The position numbers and the translations under genes are program-made. A stretch of DNA of 64,000 bases from Deltaproteobacteria bacterium (GTDB lineage Bacteria > Myxococcota_A > Polyangia > Fen-1088), in contig JANRKS010000036.1 in assembly GCA_033763315.1 (NCBI GenBank), forward strand, positions 1 to 64,000, written 5' to 3'. Below, piece by piece: positions 18,971 to 28,418 of the stretch. The notes under the pieces are model-generated. The model saw only the letters and a list, made by a program, of their open reading frames with translations, was not told where the DNA came from and searched no databases. Each line of letters begins with the position of its first letter. Position 1 is the stretch's first letter.

Positions 18971-20655
18971 TGGAGAACCTCACCCTGTGAAGGTTTGCGA
19001 TAGATGAACGACGGTTGCTGGGTGGCGAACGTAAGGAGCTGCAGAATGTCGCCACCTGCAGCCACAAACGCGTCGCCGATGGCTTTGTTCGCAGGCGCCA
19101 AGGCGTCGTCGGCGCCGCTTCTGTGGGCGTATTGCGACAGCACCTGCGCAAAACAACGTTGCGATTCCTCGCGCTTCGACAAAACCACCAACAAGCTTGC
19201 GGCGTTGCTGAACGAGAGCGCTTCGCCGTTGGCCAGGGGCAGCGTCCCGTGTGTATCAATGGGCTTTCCATAGTCATCGGTGGTGCGTGTACGCCCGAGT
19301 TTGTCGAAGCCGTCGAACGCAAAACCCATGGGATCCATGAATTGATGGCAGCCCCTGCACACACCATCACGCGCGTGCTCCTGAAGCTGCTCACGCACCG
19401 AAGCCTCTGGCCGTCGCGGAGGTGGCGAAGGCACAGCCCCCTGGGGCGGCGGAACAGCGCCACAATCGGCCAGCCGCTCGTACACATAGCGACCTCTATG
19501 AATGATCGTTGCCAAAGGCGTGTCGGTGGTGCTCATCAAAAACGCAGGCTGCGTGAACAGCCCGGAGCGATCTGCGGCGTCAAGTTTCACCTTCGCCAAG
19601 GGCGCGTCTGTTTTCATCCCCGGCAGACCCAACGTTTGGGCCAAAGCACCATCGACGAAGGCCGTTTTCGACGCCAACAGCGATGTGAACGAATGATCAC
19701 CGCTTGATCCCAAAACCAGATCCTCAAGGAACGCCCAGGTGGCCGCGAGGCTGCTTTGTTTGAGGACGTAGTCCTTATCCGTGGCAGGCGCGGTCTCAAG
19801 CGGCGCCAGCGGCAGCCACGCACGGAAGAAGCCGCGCAAGCCGCGCGGTGTCCTGACCGGATCTTGCAACATTCGTGTCACCTGCGCGGCCAACTGCGAA
19901 GGCGTCGATAGCTTGTTCGCACGTGCCGCCTCGAACAACGCCGCGTCTGGCATCGACTGCCACAGAAAATAGGACAAGCGCGATGCCACCTCGAAGGGCC
20001 CCAGTTTGACAAGGCCATTGGACGCAACGGGCACGTCGTCCGAGCGCTCCCATCGATAGTGAAACCGCGGCGACAACAACGCGGCACGCACCACATCCAA
20101 AAGCGCCGCCTGCAACGGCAGGCTTGCGTGTGCCTCATCAAAGATAGCCACAAGTTGCGCAAGCTCCTGGGCGCTGGGCGGATGGCGATACGCGCGTGTG
20201 GCGAAGGCTTCGATGAACGCAACGGCGCACGCCTTGTCGTCGTTGTTCTTTGGCTGGCAAGGCAACTGCTTCACGAAGCTGCTTTGTTCAAAGCGTGACA
20301 CCAACCCGTCGAAGGCGTTCATCATTCGTTCAATCTCGTCGCTCGTGATCACACCACCTTCGGCCAAGCCTGCAGCGCCCAGCGTATCCGTTGAAAACAA
20401 CTCGTCGACCGTTGGCTTTACGCCCAGTAAGTCTTCGAGTGTGTTGGCGTACTCGTCACGGGAGAGCCTTCGCAAAGGCACCACGGCCGCGGAAATTTGG
20501 CTGCCATGTGTTCGGCCACCCGTTTGTGTTTCCTGACCAGACGAACCGCCCATGCCCGCGCCGCCGCCATCTGACGCGCCATCATCTCGAACAAGGCCGG
20601 TGCAACCCAAGGCCGTGGCACAAACAACAAGAGCAGCCAGCCCAATCCAACGCAT
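18967..20655 (-). CDS. DUF1587/1595/1592/1588/1585 (PSD-type) lipoprotein with a CxxCH motif
   Basis: LRRLSRDEYANTLEDLLG, FATRAYRHP, LLSPRFHY, ASRLSYFLWQSMPD, RGRYV, CRGCHQFMDPMGFAFDGFD. Confidence 0.9.
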   Translation of the reverse strand: MRWIGLAALVVCATALGCTGLVRDDGASDGGGAGMGGSSGQETQTGGRTHGSQISAAVVPLRRLSRDEYANTLEDLLGVKPTVDELFSTDTLGAAGLAEGGVITSDEIERMMNAFDGLVSRFEQSSFVKQLPCQPKNNDDKACAVAFIEAFATRAYRHPPSAQELAQLVAIFDEAHASLPLQAALLDVVRAALLSPRFHYRWERSDDVPVASNGLVKLGPFEVASRLSYFLWQSMPDAALFEAARANKLSTPSQLAAQVTRMLQDPVRTPRGLRGFFRAWLPLAPLETAPATDKDYVLKQSSLAATWAFLEDLVLGSSGDHSFTSLLASKTAFVDGALAQTLGLPGMKTDAPLAKVKLDAADRSGLFTQPAFLMSTTDTPLATIIHRGRYVYERLADCGAVPPPQGAVPSPPPRRPEASVREQLQEHARDGVCRGCHQFMDPMGFAFDGFDKLGRTRTTDDYGKPIDTHGTLPLANGEALSFSNAASLLVVLSKREESQRCFAQVLSQYAHRSGADDALAPANKAIGDAFVAAGGDILQLLTFATQQPSFIYRKPSQGEVLQ

Positions 20656-20700
20656 GACCCAGTGAGTGGGGCGATGGCCTTGCTTTTCTGATCGCGCCGA

Positions 20701-21699
20701 CTAAAAAGCCACCGCGGCGCCCAGGCTGGCGTCAAAACGCAGCCAAGCGGCGCGAAAGACCTCCACTGGCGCTCCGCTGGCATCCCCCACGACGTAACGC
20801 GATTGCTGCCACGGCACAGCGCCGGTGCCGGAAAACATCAGCGCCACGTGTGGAGACAACGGCCAGACAGCCACGGCGCCCAACCCCGCACCACAGCCGA
20901 AGTTCCGGTCCACGGCCGTGGCGTCGATGTTCAACCCGCGCGCGGTTGTCACGCCGCAGTCCACGCCGGCCACGCCCCACAGGCCACGCCCCAAGGGTTG
21001 GGCCACCTGTACACCGAGGCGCGCGTCCCGAAAGTTTGCGCTTGGCCGTCGCGGCAGACCACGGCCGTCGAACACGGTTGTGTTGAAGGTGTAAGCAAGC
21101 GTGACCGCCACGTTTGTGCGTTCGCGCGGTCCCCCCTGCCACCGCGCCAAACCCAAGGCAGAACTGCCCGGTAAAGCGCCCCAACTTGCCCCCGCCGTCA
21201 AAGACAGGAGATTTCGCCACGGCGGCGGGTTGGTTGGCAAGGTTGGCGGCTGCACAACCTTTGCGGGTTCCGACGCCAACCGCCCTTCAGGATCGATCAT
21301 CATCGTCACGATGAACGCAAGCGGGGGCAGCAGCTCGGCACAAGTCGCCGCCGGCAAAGTCAAGGACCGTTGCCCCTCCTGTGCCTTGCCTCCCGGCTCG
21401 CGCGCTGGCAGCTTGGTGGCGAGGTTGATCCGCCACACCTTAGAAGTGGCCCGGTTCACATCCAGGTCGATCGTGACGTCGTCGTGCGCCCCTCGCAGCG
21501 AGCCAAGCCGATCCGCGATGCGCTCGCGCAGAGCCTCCGGTGTAATGCAGCCTGCTTGACCATCCACGTTCGTGATGTGAAGCCGCACAAAACCAAGCAA
21601 GGGCTGGGCCGCACGCGCCCTTTCGCCTGACGCCGTTACACAGGCCGCAACGATGAGAATGCAGAAGGCGGGGTGCAGTGCCGGCATGCGCGCTTTCAT
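20701..21699 (-). CDS. Hypothetical exported protein with a probable C-terminal outer-membrane beta-barrel
   Basis: Signal peptide, Pro-rich linker, amphipathic strands, terminal Phe (LGAAVAF). Confidence 0.65.
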   Translation of the reverse strand: MKARMPALHPAFCILIVAACVTASGERARAAQPLLGFVRLHITNVDGQAGCITPEALRERIADRLGSLRGAHDDVTIDLDVNRATSKVWRINLATKLPAREPGGKAQEGQRSLTLPAATCAELLPPLAFIVTMMIDPEGRLASEPAKVVQPPTLPTNPPPWRNLLSLTAGASWGALPGSSALGLARWQGGPRERTNVAVTLAYTFNTTVFDGRGLPRRPSANFRDARLGVQVAQPLGRGLWGVAGVDCGVTTARGLNIDATAVDRNFGCGAGLGAVAVWPLSPHVALMFSGTGAVPWQQSRYVVGDASGAPVEVFRAAWLRFDASLGAAVAF

Positions 21700-21717
21700 T
21701 ACAACACAATCCCGCCG

Positions 21718-22314
21718 ATGATGGGTTTGGGCTTTGATCAGAAAAAAACTCGCCTGCCCCCACTCAACCACGTGTCTTCTTTGCTCGACCTGCCCGCGCT
21801 GTTCCGCGAGCATGCGCCTTATCTGTGGCGCGTGTTGCGCCGGCTGGGTGCGTCTGCCACGGACGCGGAGGATCTTTGCCAGGAAGTGTTTTTGGTGGCC
21901 CACAGAAACCAAGCCACGTTTCGCGGCGATTCAAGCCCCCGCACGTGGCTCTATGGCATTGCTGTGCGTGTGGCCGCCGACCTTCGCAACAAGGCGCACA
22001 TGCGCCAAGAGCGCAGCGTGGCCGTGCTTCCCGAGACACTCGTCGAAGCCACGCAAGATGATGCGCTTGAGCAGCAACGCGCACGGGTTCTTTTAGACCG
22101 CGCGTTGGCTGGACTCGATGCGGAGCGCCGCGCGGTATTCGTGTTGTATGAAATTGAAGATCTGACGCTGCAGGAGATCGCAGACTGCTTGCAGGTACCC
22201 TTGCAGACGGTTTACTCGCGGCTCAAAAGCGCGCGACAGGAAGTTTTGGCGCTGTTTGGCGAAACGCTTGTGCCAGGGGGAACGGCAACGCTTTTGGAGG
22301 GGAGTGGTCGATGA
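21718..22314 (+). CDS. ECF RNA polymerase sigma factor
   Basis: Region 2 AEDLCQEVF...TWLYGIA; region 4 RAVFVLYEIEDLTLQEIA...TVYSRLKSAR. Start uncertain. Confidence 0.92.
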   Translation: MMGLGFDQKKTRLPPLNHVSSLLDLPALFREHAPYLWRVLRRLGASATDAEDLCQEVFLVAHRNQATFRGDSSPRTWLYGIAVRVAADLRNKAHMRQERSVAVLPETLVEATQDDALEQQRARVLLDRALAGLDAERRAVFVLYEIEDLTLQEIADCLQVPLQTVYSRLKSARQEVLALFGETLVPGGTATLLEGSGR

Positions 22315-23018
22315 AAACGTTCGAGGAACCACGTAGGTTGTGGCAGGACGAAGGGGCACCGGCAGCCTTGCAGAAGGCATTGAACGCTGGACGTCACGAC
22401 AAGGCAAACGCGCGCGCGATGGCCGCGATGGCCGCAGGGCTCGCAGCGGCGGGTGTGCCGCTCGGCGGCGGAGCGGCGGTGGCGGGTGTGGGGGTGCTCA
22501 GCAAGGTCTTGATAGGCGCCGCCATCGTGGGTGCGATGGGCAGCGGCGCTTATGTGCTGCAGACACAAAGAGCCAGCACGCCGCCGCAAAACGAAGGGGC
22601 AAGTGCACCGGCCACTCTCGTTGTGCCGAAGCCCATGCCGCAGCCCACAGCCGAAGAACGATCGGCCGCGGTGGCGCCTGCCATCCATCATGCAGCGGCG
22701 CCACCGAAAGGGCGTAAGCCGCAAGCGAGGGTGATCCAGGACGCAGAGCCCTCGATCATCGAAGAAACCGCGTGGCTCGAAGACACACGGCGCCTGCTGC
22801 CCAACCAGCCAAACCAAGCCCTGCTGCGTTTGCAAACGTACGCAATGAAGTTCAAGCACCCGCTGCTCGACCAAGAAGCAGCTGTTTTGAAGATCGAAGC
22901 GCTGGTCGCCGCGGGCCAGCGATCCACAGCGCAACAACGCGCCGGTGAATTTTTTCATAACCACCCACAATCGCCCCACCGTCAGCGCGTGCAAAGGCTG
23001 CTAAACCTGCAGCCATGA
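22311..23018 (+). CDS. Putative anti-sigma factor (one TM, Pro-rich linker, TPR-like C-terminus)
   Basis: Overlaps the sigma stop. Hydrophobic Ala/Gly segment; C-terminal EAAVLKIEALV...F...HP.SP. Confidence 0.7.
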   Translation: MKTFEEPRRLWQDEGAPAALQKALNAGRHDKANARAMAAMAAGLAAAGVPLGGGAAVAGVGVLSKVLIGAAIVGAMGSGAYVLQTQRASTPPQNEGASAPATLVVPKPMPQPTAEERSAAVAPAIHHAAAPPKGRKPQARVIQDAEPSIIEETAWLEDTRRLLPNQPNQALLRLQTYAMKFKHPLLDQEAAVLKIEALVAAGQRSTAQQRAGEFFHNHPQSPHRQRVQRLLNLQP

Positions 23019-23923
23019 AGCCCGCGGTGTGCGTGATGTTGTGCCGATGGGTCGGAATCGCTGGCGTGCTATTCCACGGTGGCTGCAACGACCACACGGG
23101 CACTCTGGGCGCATACTTCGGTGACGCGTCCGCCGATCTTCGTATAGAGGGGCCGAGGTGCGGCGATCTCACGTTGCCATCACAGTTGCCGCTGCCTGCA
23201 GATATTGGCTTTGCAGACTTACCCGCCACTTTGCCTCTGGGCGTGGTGAACGTCGCCATGGATTTCGCCGATAATCTTGGCGCCATTCCCGCGGGTTGGA
23301 GTCTCGGGGCAGGCAGCTACTCGGCAAGCCTTTCCGAGTTCGGTGCTCCTGGCGTCTCCGTCGAAAGCGATGCCATCAACCTGATCGTCAAACCGAAAGA
23401 CGCTCCCACTGAGGGCAGCACCGATCGACTCTATTGGGGCGGCGAACTTTCGAGTTCACCCAAGTTCGGCACCGGCGTGTTCGTGGCGAAGGTAAGAAAC
23501 GATGGTTGGCAAGCCGTGCAGTCGTCATTCTTCTTCGCGAACGATTACATCGATGCCTTGGGCAACAACCTGGGATGGAGTGGCGCAATCCTCGAATTCA
23601 CGCACGATGGCCAACGGCAACGGCTGTCGGCCATCATTCACGAGTCGTCAACAGGGCGCCACGACGCACAGACGGTGCAGCTCGACGTATCGCCGACTCG
23701 CTTCACGACGTTGGCGTTGGTGGCGCTTCCCAGCGGGCAGGTGGGCTTTTATGTGGATGGCCAACGCCTATGGGAAATTAAAGGCGCACAGCTGCCGCCG
23801 ATGCTTTCGTTCCGCTTCACACATTGGATCAACGGTCCGGCTGCGAACTTCAAGCCTAGCCCCACGCCGGTTGTCTTTAGCCTGGACGTTGTGGCCCACT
23901 ACAAACTGACGTGCGCCTATTGA
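23015..23923 (+). CDS. GH16-like (ConA fold) lipoprotein, probably non-catalytic
   Basis: YWGGELSS..KFGTGVFVAKVR, SSFFF, WSGAILEF in place of WDEIDIEF, VGFYVDG. Confidence 0.65.
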   Translation: MKPAVCVMLCRWVGIAGVLFHGGCNDHTGTLGAYFGDASADLRIEGPRCGDLTLPSQLPLPADIGFADLPATLPLGVVNVAMDFADNLGAIPAGWSLGAGSYSASLSEFGAPGVSVESDAINLIVKPKDAPTEGSTDRLYWGGELSSSPKFGTGVFVAKVRNDGWQAVQSSFFFANDYIDALGNNLGWSGAILEFTHDGQRQRLSAIIHESSTGRHDAQTVQLDVSPTRFTTLALVALPSGQVGFYVDGQRLWEIKGAQLPPMLSFRFTHWINGPAANFKPSPTPVVFSLDVVAHYKLTCAY

Positions 23924-24137
23924 ATGATGGGACAAGGGCATTTGCCGCCCACCATTCGCTTCAACTTTGGCATCGATGCGGGCGTCGCTCACGAACACGT
24001 CGGCATGCCTTGTACGTTCCCTGCAGCGCGTTGGAGGCGACCACGGCTGCCTGCACCGAACGCGCGTCCCTCCCCAAAAGTGCGACGGCGTCCTGTTTTG
24101 TCTTGGTGTATTTAATTTTGTTTGTTAATCAATTAGG

Positions 24138-26096
24138 ATGTCGATTCGGTCGTCGGCCTGTTCCGGTTTGTTTTGTGCCGTGTGGTCCGTGTCTGCGGTG
24201 CAGGCGGCCACGGTCAGGGTTGCTTCGCCATCAGGAGCGGCTGTCATTGAGGTGCAAACATCCCCGCGCCTCACTTACACGGTGAAGTTTCAGAACCAAG
24301 TCATCATCCGGCCGTCGCCACTAGCGTGGTCGCTGGAAGGCGTGGGCGAAGTGGGGGCCGGCCTGAGCGTCAAGGCGCAAAAACAAACGCGCATCAACGA
24401 GGTGTGGGACGCGATCGCTGGCAAGCGCAGCCACGTTGAAAATAGAGCCAACGAAGTGAAGCTCACCCTCGCCGACAAAGCGGCACACACGTTCGAGCTT
24501 CATTTGCGCGCTTATGACGATGGCGTGGCGTTTCGGTATGGCGTGCCATCGCAACCAGGCCTTGAAACCTTCCGCCTTCAACACGAAGCCACGCAAATCG
24601 CCTTCCCCGCTGCGAGCCACGCGTGGGCCGCAAATTATGAAACCTTCACCTCTCCCCAAGAGCATGAGTTTCGCCACACCCGCACGAACGAAGTGCCACG
24701 CGAGGCCCTGTTCGGGCTGCCGTTCTTGGTGCAAGCCCACGCCAAAGCCTGGGTGGCCGTGACCGAATCAGACTTGCTTGACTGGGCCGGCTTTTACCTG
24801 CGACCGACAGACCGAGACGATACCTTCGTCACCGCGCTGTCGCCGCTGCCCTCGTCGCCATCGATTGCTGTGCAAGGCAAGCAGCAACGGTTGTCGCCCT
24901 GGCGTGTGTTCTTGCTGGGGGAAACGCCCGGTGCGCTGGTGCAAAGCGATGTGGTGCGCAACCTCGCCACGCCCAATCAGCTGGCCGATACCTCCTGGAT
25001 CCACCCGGGGCGCGCGGCGTGGGATCGTTGGTGGCCCGGCGACTACAACCCCGGGGCCAAGAACAAGCAAGGCATGAACACCGCCACGATGAAAGACTTC
25101 GTGGATTTGGCGCACGAGATGGGCTGGGAATACCAAATCGTTGATTGGACCTGGTACGGCAAGCCAGAGAATCCGAACGCCAGTCTCACCAACATCACAC
25201 GCGATCTGGATCTGCCCAGCCTCGTCAGCTACGCACGTGAACGCAACGTCGGCATTTGGATGTGGGCGCGCTGGAACCACATGAACAAGCAAATGGAAGA
25301 AGCCTTGCCCTTGTTTCACAAATGGGGCGTGGTGGGCATCAAGGTCGACTTCATGGACCGAGACGATCAAGAAATGGTGAATTTCTATGAGCGGCTCGTG
25401 AAACTTGCGGCGCAAAACCATCTGATGGTGGATCTGCACGGCGCCTTTAAGCCCACGGGCCTTGAACGCACTTATCCCAACTTGCTCACGCGCGAGGGCG
25501 TGATGGGGAACGAGTACAACAAGTGGTCCACGCGCATCACGCCGGCCCACAAAGTGACACTCGCTTTCACGCGTATGCTGGCCGGCCCCATGGATTTCAC
25601 GCCGGGCGGCTTCCGCAACGTGGCCCCCGGAAGTTTCGCTATGAAGGACACCGCGCCGCAAGTGCAGGGCACGCGCGCGTCCGAGTTGGCGCTGCCAGTG
25701 ATCTACGAAAGCGGCTTGCAGGTGTTCTGTGATGCCCCCGGTGAATACCGCGCGGCGAAAGGCCAAGGGCTCGAGTTCTACAAGCAGGTTCCTGCAGCGT
25801 GGGACGAAACACGCGTTTTGGCAGGCGCCCCCGATGAATACATCGCTGTGGCACGCCGCAAGGGGAACCGTTGGTTCTTGGGCGCCATCACCACCACTGA
25901 ACGCCGCCTGGAATTGCCGCTGCAGTTTTTGGGTAAGGGCAGCTTCAAGGTCAACACATGGTTCGACGCCCCCGACAGCGCCGCAAAGCCAACCCACGTG
26001 ATTGAAGGCCAAGCCAACGTCGCCGCGCAAGGCACATTTGTTTTCACGATGGCGCCCGGGGGCGGCGCCGCGGCGATTTTCACGGCGGCGCCATAG
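24138..26096 (+). CDS. GH97 alpha-glucosidase/alpha-galactosidase
   Basis: RAYDDGVAFRY, SWIHPG..AWD.WW, GIKVDF, DLHG..KPTG..RTYPN...REGV.GNE, RMLAGPMDFTPG. Confidence 0.93.
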   Translation: MSIRSSACSGLFCAVWSVSAVQAATVRVASPSGAAVIEVQTSPRLTYTVKFQNQVIIRPSPLAWSLEGVGEVGAGLSVKAQKQTRINEVWDAIAGKRSHVENRANEVKLTLADKAAHTFELHLRAYDDGVAFRYGVPSQPGLETFRLQHEATQIAFPAASHAWAANYETFTSPQEHEFRHTRTNEVPREALFGLPFLVQAHAKAWVAVTESDLLDWAGFYLRPTDRDDTFVTALSPLPSSPSIAVQGKQQRLSPWRVFLLGETPGALVQSDVVRNLATPNQLADTSWIHPGRAAWDRWWPGDYNPGAKNKQGMNTATMKDFVDLAHEMGWEYQIVDWTWYGKPENPNASLTNITRDLDLPSLVSYARERNVGIWMWARWNHMNKQMEEALPLFHKWGVVGIKVDFMDRDDQEMVNFYERLVKLAAQNHLMVDLHGAFKPTGLERTYPNLLTREGVMGNEYNKWSTRITPAHKVTLAFTRMLAGPMDFTPGGFRNVAPGSFAMKDTAPQVQGTRASELALPVIYESGLQVFCDAPGEYRAAKGQGLEFYKQVPAAWDETRVLAGAPDEYIAVARRKGNRWFLGAITTTERRLELPLQFLGKGSFKVNTWFDAPDSAAKPTHVIEGQANVAAQGTFVFTMAPGGGAAAIFTAAP

Positions 26097-26471
26097 CCAC
26101 TATCGAAAACTCTTTGACCTGCAAATAGGGCAAGCGGAGCAGATCTCGAAGCGTGTCTTCGTATGCGTAGCAATCGTGGGGGCATCGCGTCCGCCTCGGC
26201 GGCTGGGGCCGTGGTCAGCATAAGTCCCGCCACCACCGCACCGAGGCTCTGGAATGTTTGGGATGGGCCATTGGTTTCAACCTCTCAAGAGTCACACCCA
26301 CCAGACCGAAGAAACCCCGTGGATATGCCCCCGCGTGATCTCCATCAAAACAACCGAAGCCTTTCGGTTCACCAACCCCCAGAAGGGCGCCTTGGTTGGG
26401 GAGGCCTCGTGGCGCGGCGCCCACATCACCCTGCCTTGCCCGGCGCTCACGCCCGTGTCATCGTGGGCTCA

Positions 26472-27452
26472 ATGCGTCGAAGTCTCCCTACGTTATGGCC
26501 TGCCCTCGCTGTCGTTCTACTCGCAAGCGCTTGTGAGAGGCCGCAAAAACCCGGTGAGCTGCCGGCGCCAGCAAGCGACGTCGTGGCCCGGTTGGGCAAA
26601 CGCGTGATCACCGTGGACGACGTGCAAGAACAGCTCAACCGACGTGAAGCCTTCATCCGCACCCGCTACCAGGCGCCGGAGAAGAAGAAGGAATTCCTCG
26701 ACAGCTTGGTGCGTTTTGAGTTGCTCGCCGAGGAAGCCGAAAAAAAGGGCTACCCGAACGACCCTGACCTTATCCGCATGTACAAGCAGTGGCTGGTGGC
26801 GCGGTTGGTTCAAAAGGATTTCGATCCTCAGTTCGATCCCGCCGCGATCCCTGCAGAAGAGGTGAGCGCTTATTACGAATCTCACAAACAAGAGATGCAG
26901 CGCCCAGAGCAAGCACGCGCCTCCGATGTGACCGTTAAAACGGAGGCCATCGCACAAAAGGTGGCGGAACGGGCGCGCAAGCTCGCGAAAGCCGATGAAC
27001 ACGGCTTCACGGAACTGGTGCTGGGATACTCGGAAAACGGCGCCGTCCAACGCCGCGGCGGCGATTTGGGAATCCTCTTGCGCTCAGGCGGCAACAGCCA
27101 GGTGCCCCAGGCGGTGATTGACGCCGTCTTTGCCCTGCAAAACCCAGGTGACATCGCGGGCCCCATCAAGGCTGAAGACGGTTACCACGTGGTTCGTCTA
27201 ACCGGGAAACAGCCGGCTCAAATACCCTCGCTTGAGGAGATGGAACCTCACATTCGCGAAAAGATAAACAAAGAACGCCGGGATAAGGGCATGACGGCAT
27301 GGGTGGATAGATTGAAAGCCGATGCCAAAATTGAAGTGTTCGAGGACAGGTTGGCGCAAATCAAAGTCGATACCACGTCGCCGCCCAAGTTCCCCGAACG
27401 CGCCCCCGTGTTTAAGATCGCGCCGGAATTGGTACCTGGAGCCCAGCAATGA
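26472..27452 (+). CDS. PpiC/parvulin-type peptidyl-prolyl isomerase lipoprotein
   Basis: Lipobox LASAC, RGGDLG, GPIK...GYHVV. Start moved to ATG 26472. Confidence 0.85.
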   Translation: MRRSLPTLWPALAVVLLASACERPQKPGELPAPASDVVARLGKRVITVDDVQEQLNRREAFIRTRYQAPEKKKEFLDSLVRFELLAEEAEKKGYPNDPDLIRMYKQWLVARLVQKDFDPQFDPAAIPAEEVSAYYESHKQEMQRPEQARASDVTVKTEAIAQKVAERARKLAKADEHGFTELVLGYSENGAVQRRGGDLGILLRSGGNSQVPQAVIDAVFALQNPGDIAGPIKAEDGYHVVRLTGKQPAQIPSLEEMEPHIREKINKERRDKGMTAWVDRLKADAKIEVFEDRLAQIKVDTTSPPKFPERAPVFKIAPELVPGAQQ

Positions 27453-28417
27453 AAACCACGAACGTCACTACTTTTGCCGCAGCGGCGGTGCTGTTGTGTG
27501 CTCACGTCGCGCAAGCGCGCGTGGTGGAACGCATCGCGGCTGTGGTGGATGACGAAGTCATTTTGGCCAGCGAAGTGGAAGAGCGCGCGGCACCTGCGAT
27601 GGCACAGATCGCAAGCATCACCGATCAAGCGCAACGGGCCGCACGCGCGGAGGCCGTGCGCCGCGAAATTCTTGACCGCTTGATTGATGATCAACTGATC
27701 TTCGGCAAAGCCAAGGAGCTCAAACTCACCGTCAGCAGCGAAGAGGTGGATAAATCCATCGAAGGGATCAAGCGCGATCATAACCTCACCGATGAACAAC
27801 TGCGCCAGGCGCTGACCCAGCAGGGCATGAGCATGGCGACTTACCGCCAAGACGTGAAGAAGCAGGTTCTGCGCTACCGTGTTCTGAATATGGCCGTGGG
27901 CTCCAAAATCGCGATTTCTGATCACGATGTGCAGGAGTATTACGAGCGCAACATCCGCAAAGGCGCGGCCTCGGAAGTGCGCGCCAGCCACATTTTCATC
28001 GAGATCCCCGACGATGCCGATACCGGCACGGCCATCGCCAAGCGCAAACAGGCCGAAGGAATCGTCGCGCGCATCAAGGCAGGCGAAGAGTTCGAGAAGC
28101 TGGCACGCGAAAACTCAGAAGACGCGAACACGCGCGGTGAAGGCGGCGATTTGGGATACTTCGGCCGCGATCTGTTGCCCAAGGCGATCGAAGAGGTGGT
28201 GTTTGCCATGAACATCGGCGAAGTGCGCGGCCCCGTGCGTGCCGACAAGGGCTTTCACATCATCAAGCTCGTGGACAAGCGGAACAAGGACGTCAAATCG
28301 TTTGATGAAAGCAAGAACGAGATCCGCATGCAGCTACGGCAAAAAGAGTACGAGAAGCAAGCGAAGACTTTCGTCGCTGATTTGCGCCGCAAGGCCATGG
28401 TTGATCTGCGGCTTTGA
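27449..28417 (+). CDS. surA: SurA-like chaperone/PPIase
   Basis: VERIAAVVDDEVILASEV, VRASHIFI, FEKLARENSED, GGDLGYF, GFHIIK. Confidence 0.88.
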   Translation: MKTTNVTTFAAAAVLLCAHVAQARVVERIAAVVDDEVILASEVEERAAPAMAQIASITDQAQRAARAEAVRREILDRLIDDQLIFGKAKELKLTVSSEEVDKSIEGIKRDHNLTDEQLRQALTQQGMSMATYRQDVKKQVLRYRVLNMAVGSKIAISDHDVQEYYERNIRKGAASEVRASHIFIEIPDDADTGTAIAKRKQAEGIVARIKAGEEFEKLARENSEDANTRGEGGDLGYFGRDLLPKAIEEVVFAMNIGEVRGPVRADKGFHIIKLVDKRNKDVKSFDESKNEIRMQLRQKEYEKQAKTFVADLRRKAMVDLRL

Positions 28418-28418
28418 T

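Noticed and set aside
24768-26030. 420-aa minus-strand ORF
   Set aside because: Antisense to GH97 with no recognisable motifs; a typical high-GC shadow.
26100-26470. tmRNA, RNase P or tRNA
   Set aside because: No TTCGA T-loop/CCA end and no GAGGAAAGTCC motif. Kept only as a weak structured-RNA candidate.
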